A DNA stretch of 46,587 nt from Candidatus Bathyarchaeia archaeon. Lineage in GTDB: Archaea; Thermoproteota; Bathyarchaeia; Bathyarchaeales; Bathycorpusculaceae. Each line of letters begins with the position of its first letter. Within the stretch, counting starts at the first letter, position 1. A program made the translations under genes and the position numbers. The stretch lies in the NCBI GenBank assembly GCA_050012755.1, contig JBEKGO010000020.1, positions 1 through 46,587 on the forward strand, written 5' to 3'. Below, piece after piece: positions 37,340-46,587 of the stretch. A model generated the notes under the pieces. That model worked only from the letters and a program-made list of their open reading frames with translations. It ran no database searches and was not told the origin of the DNA.

Positions 37340-38422
37340 TTAAAGTGAGTAAGTAGTTTTTCTTTTCCTAAGCAAGTAGATAAAGAATGGGGTTCCTGCC
37401 AAAGCAGTTATAACTCCAACTGGCAGTTCAGATGCTCCCGTTGCAACACGAGCAAGAGAATCACAGAGAATTAGAAATATAGCTCCAACAATTGCAGAGG
37501 TGGGAAGAAGAATTCGGTGATCAGGTCCAATAACGAGTCGCGTCATGTGCGGAATAATTAGCCCAACGAACCCTATAACTCCGCTGATGGACACAACCGC
37601 GCCTGTAATTAAAGAGCTAATGAGCAAGAGGATTTGCCTCACTCTTTCCGTGTTTACGCCCAAATGTTGCGCTGTATCATCACCCATAGAAAGCATGTTA
37701 AGATCTTTAGTAAAGAAAAATGCAAGAACAATCCCTATCAAAACAAATGGAAAAACCGCGTATATGTCCAACCAAGTAATGTTGGAAAATCCGCCTGCTA
37801 TCCAAGCAACTATCCCTATAAGAGCCTTACCAGAGCGCAACTCAAACACTGTTTGAATCGCCAAAATGAATATGTTCACAACGATACCTGAAAGCAGAAG
37901 GGTAGTTACCGGCACCTTATTTCCGACACGCGACATAAAATAAACCAGAAAAACCGTCAAAACAGCACCTGCGAAAGCAATTACCTGAAATATTCCAAGC
38001 CCTAGAAAAGTGAGGGCAAGGGAGCCAGCATAAATCGCAGTTAGAGTGTAGCCCAGAGATGCCCCAGCTGAAGCGCCTAAAAGGTAGGAATCAGCCATCG
38101 GGTTTCTAAAGACGCCTTGATACATTACTCCAGCTGCAGCTAAACCGGCTCCTACAATAGCACCTGCCAAAATCCTGGGGAGACGAATTTGTAGAATTAT
38201 GGCTTGATTAACCGTTGAAACTGATGAAGAGTTTATTGAGCCGTTAAGAAAAGGAATTTGCTTGCCCAATATTGTAAGAATCTCTGAGAAACTGATTGGC
38301 GCGTAACCTATGTTTAAGCAAAAGATTATCGTAGCAACCAGCGCTACTATCAAAACTAATAAGATTAGTTTCCATCTTGAAGAGCGCTTCGAATATTTAC
38401 TCTCTACCTTGTCCGTCGCCAT
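37340..38422 (-). CDS. btuC: FecCD/BtuC family permease
   Basis: IRLPR, RNPMAD..LLG.SAGA, GFVGLIIPH and ELPVG motifs; probable start ATG 38422. Confidence 0.88.
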   Translation of the reverse strand: MATDKVESKYSKRSSRWKLILLVLIVALVATIIFCLNIGYAPISFSEILTILGKQIPFLNGSINSSSVSTVNQAIILQIRLPRILAGAIVGAGLAAAGVMYQGVFRNPMADSYLLGASAGASLGYTLTAIYAGSLALTFLGLGIFQVIAFAGAVLTVFLVYFMSRVGNKVPVTTLLLSGIVVNIFILAIQTVFELRSGKALIGIVAWIAGGFSNITWLDIYAVFPFVLIGIVLAFFFTKDLNMLSMGDDTAQHLGVNTERVRQILLLISSLITGAVVSISGVIGFVGLIIPHMTRLVIGPDHRILLPTSAIVGAIFLILCDSLARVATGASELPVGVITALAGTPFFIYLLRKRKTTYSL

Positions 38423-38441
38423 ATCTTGACACAAAAAAAGG

Positions 38442-39431
38442 TTAAGGTGAAGTGGAGTTAAAAAGGTCTGGGTAGAAAGCTTGAGCAGCAACTGCAATAT
38501 TGTCAGCGATTCTAGGACCCGCTTCAGCAAATAAATCTCCGTCCACAATGACTATTCGATTGTTTTGAATTGCACTTATCGAACTCCAGCCTGGCCTATC
38601 TTTAACCTGCTGTACACTTCCATAGAACGGCGTGTCTCCTGGGTTTGCCATGTCGGTTGGTAAAAGTATAACATCAGGGTTCTTTTGAACAACAGTCTCT
38701 GAGCTGACGGTAGGATATTGCTGTGTGACGTTTTCGAAGATATTTATTCCTCCGGCTTTTGCAATTACATCATTAATGAACGACGTTGAACCTGCCGACA
38801 TTAATGGGTCGGGATACCAGACCTCATAGTAAACCAGCGGCTTGGTCTCATTGGCGGCTGCTATCTTAGCTTCTATGGAATCAATTTTATTGTTTATGGA
38901 ATTCACTAATGTCGTAGCGTTTTGGTCTGCTCCTGTCGCTTTGCCAACCATTGTGATGTCTTTGAGTACTCCATTAACATCGTTGGGGTTGAGGACCAGC
39001 ACATTGTAGCCTAGGCTTCTAAGAGTGACAACGTCGGGATCGTTGATGGGTGTTGCGAGAATTAGGTCTGGTTGCAATGAAGCAATGACTTCTTTGTTAG
39101 GTGTAGAAAAGCCTCCAACACTAGTCATGTTGCCGGCGGCAATCCAAGCGGTGAAGTTGTAAGGGTAATGGTCGTAATCGGTTACACCTACAACTTTGTC
39201 GCCCACTCCTACGGCGAAAAGAATTTGAGTGTTACTTGGAGCTAGCGAAATAATTCTTTGAGGAACTGAAGTGAGGTTGGTTGTGGTGCCTTCGTCATCT
39301 ACAACAGATATATTTTTTTGCGTATTTGTTGGGTTTGCAGCTGTGTTGTTGTTAAAGTAAATGAAAGCTCCTGAAATAATTATGATTATAGCTATGATCG
39401 CGCCGATATAGGTAATATATTTGTTTTTCAT
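38442..39431 (-). CDS. btuF: cobalamin ABC transporter substrate-binding protein
   Basis: RIISLAPSNT.ILFA.G, E.V...NPDVI and GPR motifs; probable start MKNKY at 39431. Confidence 0.85.
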   Translation of the reverse strand: MKNKYITYIGAIIAIIIIISGAFIYFNNNTAANPTNTQKNISVVDDEGTTTNLTSVPQRIISLAPSNTQILFAVGVGDKVVGVTDYDHYPYNFTAWIAAGNMTSVGGFSTPNKEVIASLQPDLILATPINDPDVVTLRSLGYNVLVLNPNDVNGVLKDITMVGKATGADQNATTLVNSINNKIDSIEAKIAAANETKPLVYYEVWYPDPLMSAGSTSFINDVIAKAGGINIFENVTQQYPTVSSETVVQKNPDVILLPTDMANPGDTPFYGSVQQVKDRPGWSSISAIQNNRIVIVDGDLFAEAGPRIADNIAVAAQAFYPDLFNSTSP

Positions 39432-39698
39432 TTTTCTTTTAAACCCCTTTAGCTTGGATGGATTATCCAGCCTACCAATATATAAGCTTTGGCTAAAACA
39501 AAGCAAACAGAGCAACCTTCGCGTTTAGGACGATTAGGATAGAATCAAGTATCAAAGAACTAAGAATTAGACCATTTATATGGACGCATGTTTTAAGACA
39601 AGAATCGGAAAAACTTTGTTTGCAACATTTGATTTTTGTTAAGACTAAATTAATTGATGGTTAACTTTAAATGATAAACGGACATTTTTACTCAAAAG

Positions 39699-40982
39699 GT
39701 GTCACCCTTATTGCATGATGCAGAGAATGCTTGGCCATACAAGAATATTGAACATTGGCCTCCTATGACTTACAGAGATAGGGCTCTTCGTACTTCCAGC
39801 GTAATGTCAGATTTTGACGAGTTTCTGAAAACTGAGGGAGCGGTTGATCAAACAAGAGAGTTGCAACCATGGATTCCTTTTTGCGACGGAAAATGTACAT
39901 TTTGTTATTTCCCCGTAAGCTGCGACAAACAGAGCATAGTCCCGTATCTAATTGCATTAAAAAAAGCACTAAGCTTTTACGCAAAACACAATTACATCAA
40001 ATCCAGCGTTTTTAAAGAACTTTATATTGGCGGCGGAAGCCCTACCGTTCTTGCAAATGAGCAAATAACAGATATCTTAGATTTTTGCCGCGACAACTTC
40101 AACCTTAGTAAAGATCATCAGACCAAATTTGCCGCTTGCACAACGAACCTAACCGAAAGAAAAATGCAACTGCTTTCTTCTAAAAAGGTGAACCAGTTAG
40201 ATATTGGAGTTCAAACATTTGATGACAGATTCCGCAAAATTCTGATGCTCCGAGACAGCAAAGCTGAAGTTGCATCCAAACTAAAATATGCTAGAAAGCA
40301 AGGACTTGGTGTTAGCATTGACTTGATGTATAACTTGCCAGGTCAAACGCTAAGGCAGTGGAAGGCAGACATAGAACAGGCATTGGATCTTGAACTTGAA
40401 AGTGTAGATTGTTATCCTTTGGATTTATATCCTGACACTTTTCTTGCAAAGAAAATTGAATCTGGCGAGTTGCCCGTCGCAGGCAATGACAGCATTGAAA
40501 TGCAAATGTATCTTGAAGCTTCAGATATTTTCAGGAACAACGGGTATTATCCTACTTGCCACAATAGATTTTCTCGAGTAAAAGAAGATTTTGAAAAACC
40601 TTCTTCCGAAGTTATAGGTACAGGAGCAGGGTTTTTTATGGGGCATATTGGACGCTTTTTGTATTCTGACTTTGAGAGTGTTCAAGCATATATTGAAGCA
40701 GTGAAAAGCGGCACTTTTCCAATTCAGCGAGTTACCAAACTATCAGTTGAAGATGAGATGCGGAAAGCCATGATGCTCATTTACATCCGGGTTCCTTTGG
40801 ACCGTGAAGTCTTCTACTCAAAGTTTGCTAAGTTTCCTGAAGAAGTATTCCCTGAGGCAATACACCGACTACAAGCTAAAGGCTTAATTGAAACTAAAAA
40901 CGGGAAAATACAACTCACAGAAAAAGGTGATCCTTGGCGGTTCAATGTTGCTTGGGAGTTTTTTGATAATAAATCTCGGTAA
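39699..40982 (+). CDS. HemN/HemW/ChuW-like class C radical SAM protein
   Basis: IPFCDGKCTFC, YIGGGSPT, GVQTF, DLMYNLPGQT and G.GAG motifs. Confidence 0.88.
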   Translation: MSPLLHDAENAWPYKNIEHWPPMTYRDRALRTSSVMSDFDEFLKTEGAVDQTRELQPWIPFCDGKCTFCYFPVSCDKQSIVPYLIALKKALSFYAKHNYIKSSVFKELYIGGGSPTVLANEQITDILDFCRDNFNLSKDHQTKFAACTTNLTERKMQLLSSKKVNQLDIGVQTFDDRFRKILMLRDSKAEVASKLKYARKQGLGVSIDLMYNLPGQTLRQWKADIEQALDLELESVDCYPLDLYPDTFLAKKIESGELPVAGNDSIEMQMYLEASDIFRNNGYYPTCHNRFSRVKEDFEKPSSEVIGTGAGFFMGHIGRFLYSDFESVQAYIEAVKSGTFPIQRVTKLSVEDEMRKAMMLIYIRVPLDREVFYSKFAKFPEEVFPEAIHRLQAKGLIETKNGKIQLTEKGDPWRFNVAWEFFDNKSR

Positions 40983-41151
40983 TATCGAAGGATAAACTTT
41001 TTTTATCCGCAGAAATCGTGCTTAGGTAAGTTTTTATAAAAAATTATGTTGTTGCATGGATACAACCACGTAAGCTTTAAGACAGACAATCATTTACCAT
41101 TTAAATGACTAAACCGATTTTGATGATTTTCGATTTTGAGGAGGTGGATTT

Positions 41152-41343
41152 ATGGAAGCGGAAAAAAGCGGCAAAGTGAAAATAACTTTTGAAGTTGAAA
41201 TAAACCAGGCAGCCATGGACTTAATCAAATCGAACATAGAAATGTTGAGTCAAACAATGCCAGGACTTATTCAAAATTGGAGAGAAGTCATGGCTTCGAG
41301 ACGGGGTCACGGCATGGGCATGATGCATCATGGACAAGAATAA
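41152..41343 (+). CDS. small hypothetical protein with Met/His-rich tail
   Basis: Strong SD GAGGAGGTGG; ends GHGMGMMHHGQE. Confidence 0.72.
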   Translation: MEAEKSGKVKITFEVEINQAAMDLIKSNIEMLSQTMPGLIQNWREVMASRRGHGMGMMHHGQE

Positions 41344-41520
41344 ACTAAAAATCAACCCAACCTTTCTCTTCGGTTAAATATTAGACTTAATTTAGGCGCT
41401 CTACAAGAGGACTTTTGGAAAAAATAGTGTTTACCACCGAGAGAATTTTTGAATTTGCCATTAGTTCACCGAAAACTGGAGGAAATGGTGCTCGCTTACA
41501 ATCGCTTTGTCTAGATCTTT

Positions 41521-41560
41521 GATTAAATCTTAATCTTTCTCTCTTTCGCGAACTCAAACG
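41521..41560 (+). repeat. dispersed GATTAA-N3-TTAATC-TTTCTCTCT repeat, copy 1
   Basis: Related copies at 43884-43918 (reverse), 44550-44564 and 45144-45168. Confidence 0.65.
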
Positions 41561-41767
41561 CTTACGACTACGAACGCTCTCACACTCACCCACGCACGCC
41601 CCCGTGAATCGTGTTTGTCACTGTCTCACTGTATCTGTCTTCCAGTCTGTGTCTGACTCCCTTTAGCATGCGACCGAGTTAATGGCAAAAATATGAATTC
41701 TTGATTCAAAAGCAAACAATTAAACCTTATAAGCTAAAAACAATAAAGGGGTAACAGGTGAAAAGGG

Positions 41768-42367
41768 ATGAAGAAAAAAATCTTCATTTTGGTTTCGCTT
41801 CTGCTGTTGATGTCCATTTCTTGCGTCGCATATCTAAAAACAGTTAAAGCAAACAACAACATAACAATCAACTATAGTTTTTCCTATCCGGATCAAATCT
41901 CGGGTAGTACCCCGCCAGCAGGCTCTGGCTTTGTGGTTGTCGACATGACAATTACTAATAAGGGCTATAGCAGTTTTAGTACTGACCCCACATACTTCAC
42001 AATGGTTGAAACCGGTGACCAATATCCAGCGACTCCTCTTAATAATTACCCTGCACTCAATAATTGGGAAACAGTGACTGTAAACAACGGCGGCACTTAC
42101 AGCGGTTCATTAGCCTATTTATGGAATCCTAGCGTCTACGAAGCCTATGTCACTTTGGATTATAATGGTACAAGCGCAGGACAAAACTACAATATAGTCT
42201 TGAATGCTCAAGAGCACACAGCAACTGCTACGCCTACGCCAACTCTAGCGGTAGCACCTACCACACCTGAATTTCCAACAATTGCCATCTTGGCTGTGTT
42301 CTTAGGTCTATCACTTTTTGCTGTTACATTGATAAGGGTAAGAAAACGAAATATAAGCAACAGCTAA
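41768..42367 (+). CDS. secreted DUF4352-like Ig-fold protein with PEF-CTERM tail
   Basis: Signal peptide; FVVVDMTITNKG...YF; G.L.Y; TPEFP, TM helix and basic tail. Confidence 0.78.
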   Translation: MKKKIFILVSLLLLMSISCVAYLKTVKANNNITINYSFSYPDQISGSTPPAGSGFVVVDMTITNKGYSSFSTDPTYFTMVETGDQYPATPLNNYPALNNWETVTVNNGGTYSGSLAYLWNPSVYEAYVTLDYNGTSAGQNYNIVLNAQEHTATATPTPTLAVAPTTPEFPTIAILAVFLGLSLFAVTLIRVRKRNISNS

Positions 42368-42563
42368 AACCAATCCACCTTCCTTTTTTACTTTCATGTG
42401 CGCTGCCTTGTCCCGAAATCATGCGCTAAAGAAGGTAAATGAAACGCCGGATTCAGCAGCTCAGAATGAGGCTTGTTCTATGGGTTGGAACAGTCCGTTC
42501 TGAAACATAGCATTAAGAGCGTGTTTATGCAACATAATTAATGTAGCTTGGGGCTAAGGAAGA

Positions 42564-43823
42564 ATGGTGCCAACTCTAAGAGGACTGTTGGCAATTGTGA
42601 TAATCGTTATCATAGTCGTTAGCGTAGGCGCCGTTGGCTGGACTCTAATCAACACCCCCAGACAGAACAGCACAAATTCAAGTACATCGACTCCAACATC
42701 GACAGGAACACCAACACCCACAATAAAGCCTGTACCTACGGCAACGCAATCACCGACACCAATACTGCCCGTAGATGTAGTTTCTGTTAATCTTCAGCAA
42801 CCATACAATCCAGGCGGACCAACAATCAATGTTACACTGCGAAACATCGGAACAATACCCATCGTGGCACTTCAAGCGATATTGTCCCTACCCGGACGCA
42901 ACTACACCTACATCTTCAGCGGCGTCTCTTCAAACAGTCCTCTTTTGCCAAACCAAGAAACAACACAGACAGCCACCTTACTCGGTGCTTCATTTAGCTC
43001 TGACCAGACATATCCATTGAGAATCATCGGAGGACAGCAAGACGGCACACCGTTCGATTTCACTACAAATGTAACAATAGCAACATTGACCCCATCACCC
43101 ACACCCATAGAAGTTGCGAGTGGTCTCGAAATTACAATGACAGTTGAAAAAACCTACTACGTCCTCGGCGAACCCATCAACATAACACTTACCATCACCA
43201 ACATCAGCAACCAGACGATAAACTTCACTCACACGGGTCAGGATTTTGATTTTCTGGTTTACAATGACACAAACAACCTCGTATATCAATGGTCAAAAGG
43301 CCGCGCCTTCCCATTGTTTATCACAATAATACCTCTCAATCCCCAACAAAATACCACAGCAACCTACGTCTGGCAGCAAACCTGCAACAACCAATCAAAC
43401 CAAGATACACCGGTCTCGCCGGGAACATACAACATTGTAGGCGAAACAGGTCCAATATACGGACTGCAAACACCGCCAATGCAAGTAACCATAGTAAATT
43501 CTCAGCTTTCAACGCAAGAACAAGCCCGAGACGAGGTTATGTACTATATCCAATCCAGCCATCCCGAGACAACGCAGTTCATGGAAAACCTGAGTTGGAC
43601 TGGAGGACGAACGACTCCTCCAAATCTTTTAGGTGCAGAAACATACATGTACTTCAGCCAAGGATGGAACTTCACTATTAGCTACCCCGTGGTTCCAAAC
43701 GCCATTTACACTATTACAGCAGACTACTCTGCCCCCTCGATAGGCATACCCTACAGGATAACCTGGCAAGGCGCTTGGCAAAACGAAACCATCAACGAAA
43801 CAAGGTACACCTTTGCTCAATAA
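42564..43823 (+). CDS. membrane-anchored multi-Ig-domain protein (BsuPI-like domain)
   Basis: N-terminal TM, PT-rich linkers, GEPINITLTITN...FDFLVY...VYQWS.GRAF...PGTY. Confidence 0.75.
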   Translation: MVPTLRGLLAIVIIVIIVVSVGAVGWTLINTPRQNSTNSSTSTPTSTGTPTPTIKPVPTATQSPTPILPVDVVSVNLQQPYNPGGPTINVTLRNIGTIPIVALQAILSLPGRNYTYIFSGVSSNSPLLPNQETTQTATLLGASFSSDQTYPLRIIGGQQDGTPFDFTTNVTIATLTPSPTPIEVASGLEITMTVEKTYYVLGEPINITLTITNISNQTINFTHTGQDFDFLVYNDTNNLVYQWSKGRAFPLFITIIPLNPQQNTTATYVWQQTCNNQSNQDTPVSPGTYNIVGETGPIYGLQTPPMQVTIVNSQLSTQEQARDEVMYYIQSSHPETTQFMENLSWTGGRTTPPNLLGAETYMYFSQGWNFTISYPVVPNAIYTITADYSAPSIGIPYRITWQGAWQNETINETRYTFAQ

Positions 43824-43982
43824 AACGCTTAACACGCATGCGCGCTACGCACGCATCTCTCAATTCCATAAGAGACCCATACACGTGAGTTCGAGAGAGA
43901 GAAAGATTAAATTTTAATACACACACAAAAGAAAAATGGATTGTTTACTTTAGGTGGATGACGGTAATGAAGCGGCAGTTCA

Positions 43983-44411
43983 TTATACTATTTGTCTTGT
44001 TTGAACAACTGTAGTTCCTGCCCAGCGATCGGTCAATTTTTGGCGGCGGTCAATTCCAGACGTTATGACGGCTATCATCCACTCCACAATCGGTAAAACT
44101 ATGGTGATTTTGCTTATGTTGCGAATGATTGATTTTATGAGTGATATCCTGCCGCCTTTTTCCAATTGAACCTCTAAACCTACGATTTTTTTGCCTATTG
44201 TTGCACCCCAGAAGACGTCTAAGAGAATAAAATAGAGTGCCGAAAGTATTACCCAGCTTAACGCTATAGTGACAAGTCCTCCCTTCGCGATTAACGATAT
44301 TATGACTACAACAATTGCGAGTATTATTGAGTCAATCATGTAAGCGGCTAACCGCATTGTCCAATGGGTAAAGTCTATCGGTGGATTACTGAAAGTTGTC
44401 ATTCGAAACAA
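43983..44411 (-). CDS. RDD family protein
   Basis: RLAAYMID, TIGK...GL, IRN and Q...D..AGT.VV motifs. Confidence 0.88.
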   Translation of the reverse strand: MFRMTTFSNPPIDFTHWTMRLAAYMIDSIILAIVVVIISLIAKGGLVTIALSWVILSALYFILLDVFWGATIGKKIVGLEVQLEKGGRISLIKSIIRNISKITIVLPIVEWMIAVITSGIDRRQKLTDRWAGTTVVQTRQIV

Positions 44412-44634
44412 ACCTCTAATTGGTTTGTTGTTATTGTTATCTAGATGTTAATATTATTTTCTATCAAGCAATTAAGCCCTAAAATGCCACAAACACCTGC
44501 AATTACCGACATTTCGAGATACAGATCAAGCAATAATGAGAAGAAAAAAGATTAAATCTTAATCCAACCAACGACGACTACGGTAATGTGATTGCATAAG
44601 GTTCGGTTGGCAATGGAAGAATAATAATAGTCAA

Positions 44635-44707
44635 TTAACGGTATAGGGGGTAAAAAATAATAGAAAAGTTACCCTCGAAAAAATTATAGTCTAAAACGAG
44701 TATACGC
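44635..44707 (+). repeat. intergenic repeat copy A (AGGGG..GAAAAGTTACCCTCG..AATTATAGTCTAAAACGAGTAT)
   Basis: Near-identical to 46128-46189; partial copy at 46056-46097. Confidence 0.7.
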
Positions 44708-44777
44708 CTAAATTGGAAAAACAAATAAGAAGTCAATAGCTAATCTGATTGTTGTTATTGGCAACGGTGAAGAGAAC

Positions 44778-45131
44778 TTGAGCAAGATTGAAGAAATTAG
44801 AAGAAGACGAAAATTGGCTCATACTCAACTTTTGGCTCTGAAGTCAAAGGTCTATGAAAAATTTCTTCAGCTTGAGGAAGCCACATACGCAGATGGTGCT
44901 TTGAAGAAGAAAGATAAGGAATTAATCGCTGTCGGCATTGCTGTAGCAACTGATTGTGAGTCTTGCATGGAATGGCATGTTGGTGAGGCGGTTAAATCAG
45001 GGGCGACATTTCGTGAGGTTCTTGAAGCTATTGAGGTTGGAATTGAGTTTGGCGGCGGAAAAGCTACAGTTTCAGCGAGATTCGCTTTAGAAGTGCTTGA
45101 CGATATTTTGAAAAACGTAAAAAACACTTGA
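44778..45131 (+). CDS. carboxymuconolactone decarboxylase/AhpD family protein
   Basis: GAL..KDKELIAVGIA...CESC..WH...A...GAT..E..EA. Confidence 0.9.
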   Translation: MSKIEEIRRRRKLAHTQLLALKSKVYEKFLQLEEATYADGALKKKDKELIAVGIAVATDCESCMEWHVGEAVKSGATFREVLEAIEVGIEFGGGKATVSARFALEVLDDILKNVKNT

Positions 45132-45282
45132 ACTGTTCTTTTGGATTAAATTTTAATCTTTCTCTCTCTGCTGTACTGTCGGACGAATTTTTATCACATC
45201 TGTCGAATTAACAGATTTGCTTAATCTCTTAGCTTAATCTGGTGAGAGGTACTAAGAAATGGGGTTACACCTGATTATCAAA

Positions 45283-45843
45283 TCACGCCAGCCTCAGGGT
45301 CATCTCTTGTGTATCTCCATCTGTTGACTTTACTTTCAACCCAAACTTTTCCGCTAGCCCAATCATCCTAGAGTTATCGCTTGACAGCACACAGTAGAGC
45401 TCTTCAAGTTGATAATCTCTGGCAATTTTGATTAGGTAAACCAAAAGTTCTGTTCCCAACCCAACCCCCTGCCAAGCATCAGCAATAACAAGAGCGAATT
45501 CTCCTCGCCTGTCCTTGAGACTAAGTATTAAACGTGCAACGGCAATGATTTTGCTTCCGCCTTTAGGCAGGGCAACTATTGCCATCTCTTGGTTGTAGTC
45601 TAAATCGCAGTATCTCTCGACGGCTTCGTTGGAGAAATCTTTGATTATTTCTAAGAACCTAAAGTGCACGCTCGCAGGAGATAATGCCTTAAAGAATTCC
45701 TTGAACTCTGCATGATCAGTACACTCGATCGGCCTGAAAGTAACGCTAAGACCATTATCCAACGTACGCTGGGTAGTGTATCTTTTTTTCACGGAATCAG
45801 CAAGTTTTTCATCCGCATGGTCGGTTCGCAAAACTCTACGCAT
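45283..45843 (-). CDS. GNAT N-acetyltransferase
   Basis: LS..S..FRF, DY...MAIVA, EFALVIAD.WQG.GLG and N..M..L..KFG motifs. Confidence 0.88.
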   Translation of the reverse strand: MRRVLRTDHADEKLADSVKKRYTTQRTLDNGLSVTFRPIECTDHAEFKEFFKALSPASVHFRFLEIIKDFSNEAVERYCDLDYNQEMAIVALPKGGSKIIAVARLILSLKDRRGEFALVIADAWQGVGLGTELLVYLIKIARDYQLEELYCVLSSDNSRMIGLAEKFGLKVKSTDGDTQEMTLRLA

Positions 45844-46055
45844 CCCTTGCTATGAATTATCTCTTGATACATATGGAAATCAATTTATAAATCATTTTAG
45901 CTTTGAAACCATACGACCTCTCACAATAGTTCCTATTGCACTCCAACTCCACGTTAAGGAGCAACAGTTTTGGTTTTGGAATAAATTTTAATCCCACACA
46001 CACTTACAACGGTTTAAGGTTGTAACATTAGGTAAGGGAGGTAAGTTATAGTTAG

Positions 46056-46189
46056 TTAATGGTATGAGGGGCAAAAAATATAGTAAAACTTACCCCCTGT
46101 TAATTATTAAAATAATACTAATATTGTGAGGGGAAAAATAGAGGAAAAGTTACCCCTCGTAAGAATTATAGTCGAAAACGAGTATGCGC
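46056..46189 (+). repeat. intergenic repeat copies B and C in tandem
   Basis: Two GAGGGG...TTACCCC units; the second matches 44663-44707. Confidence 0.65.
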
Positions 46190-46228
46190 GGTTCGAGTTG
46201 TTGACGCTGGGTTCATAAATCTCTTATT

Positions 46229-46587
46229 TCATAGCGTTTTTATCAGCGTTTCCATGTTGAAAAATGTATTGGCACAACCGTTCTTTAGCAACGGAACAGA
46301 TTGCCAAGGCATGCCCATACTACTCAACCATTCGCCAGACATAAGCACTTCTGCACCGCATGCAACGCCCACAACACCCTCGTACTTCTTCTGCTTCAAA
46401 ATATTAGGCATACAAGAACCCCCAGATAAAACGTAAACGTCGTACCCTTTTTCTCTGGCAATGCGTTCCGCCTTGTTGACACAACAATCAGGTGAGCAAT
46501 GAGCACAAACGTAAGAGGGCGAGTTCGGCTCGAAAACTGCTTGGCATTGACTATCCATGTATTTTCTACAGCAATGGGGAAGGAAAA
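46229..46587 (-). CDS. DUF116 family protein (5' truncated by the window edge)
   Basis: Frame open to the window end (FLPHCCRKY...); C.HC..DC, GGS, GVVGVAC and PL...GC.NT motifs. Confidence 0.82.
   Translation of the reverse strand, partial: FLPHCCRKYMDSQCQAVFEPNSPSYVCAHCSPDCCVNKAERIAREKGYDVYVLSGGSCMPNILKQKKYEGVVGVACGAEVLMSGEWLSSMGMPWQSVPLLKNGCANTFFNMETLIKTL

Noticed and set aside
39432-39698. Cobalamin riboswitch upstream of btuF
   Set aside because: AT-rich, with no B12-box or conserved stems visible.
42661-42770. DNA tandem repeat
   Set aside because: Explained by a Pro/Thr linker coding sequence.
44635-46189. CRISPR array
   Set aside because: Few, degenerate and irregularly spaced copies; no cas genes.
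1019-46436. Numerous short antisense or alternate-frame ORFs in the track (e.g. 3812..4330, 23751..24272, 31815..32285, 43289..43681)
   Set aside because: They overlap well-supported genes and have no motifs of their own.

Overview
Archaeal chromosomal window. The gene content (dph5, ribL, CTP-dependent ribK, archaeal AsnA, geranylgeranyl reductase, rps10, mre11-rad50, PEF-type surface proteins) suggests Bathyarchaeia/TACK; this is an inference. Host genes cover cobamide salvage (cbiB and cobD at the left; a btuFCD-like ABC transporter, a radical-SAM-like gene, DUF2284 and cbiZ at the right), flavin metabolism, PEP carboxykinase, DNA repair and secreted proteins. The main discovery is a 5,024-bp integrated element bounded by a perfect 18-bp direct repeat, GAGTTTTGGATACTTGCC (9867-9884 and 14891-14908). 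This att core splits two genes on opposite strands at once: a host SAM methyltransferase (+) and the element's own tyrosine integrase (-). Excision in silico restores both in frame (272 aa and 329 aa). The element is strongly G/T-skewed on one strand. It encodes a probable HUH rolling-circle initiator, an RHH repressor, Zn-finger proteins and tiny ORFs, and carries hairpins and iteron-like repeats. It looks like a small rolling-circle plasmid or virus-like element with an SSV-style split integrase that targets a protein-coding gene rather than a tRNA.
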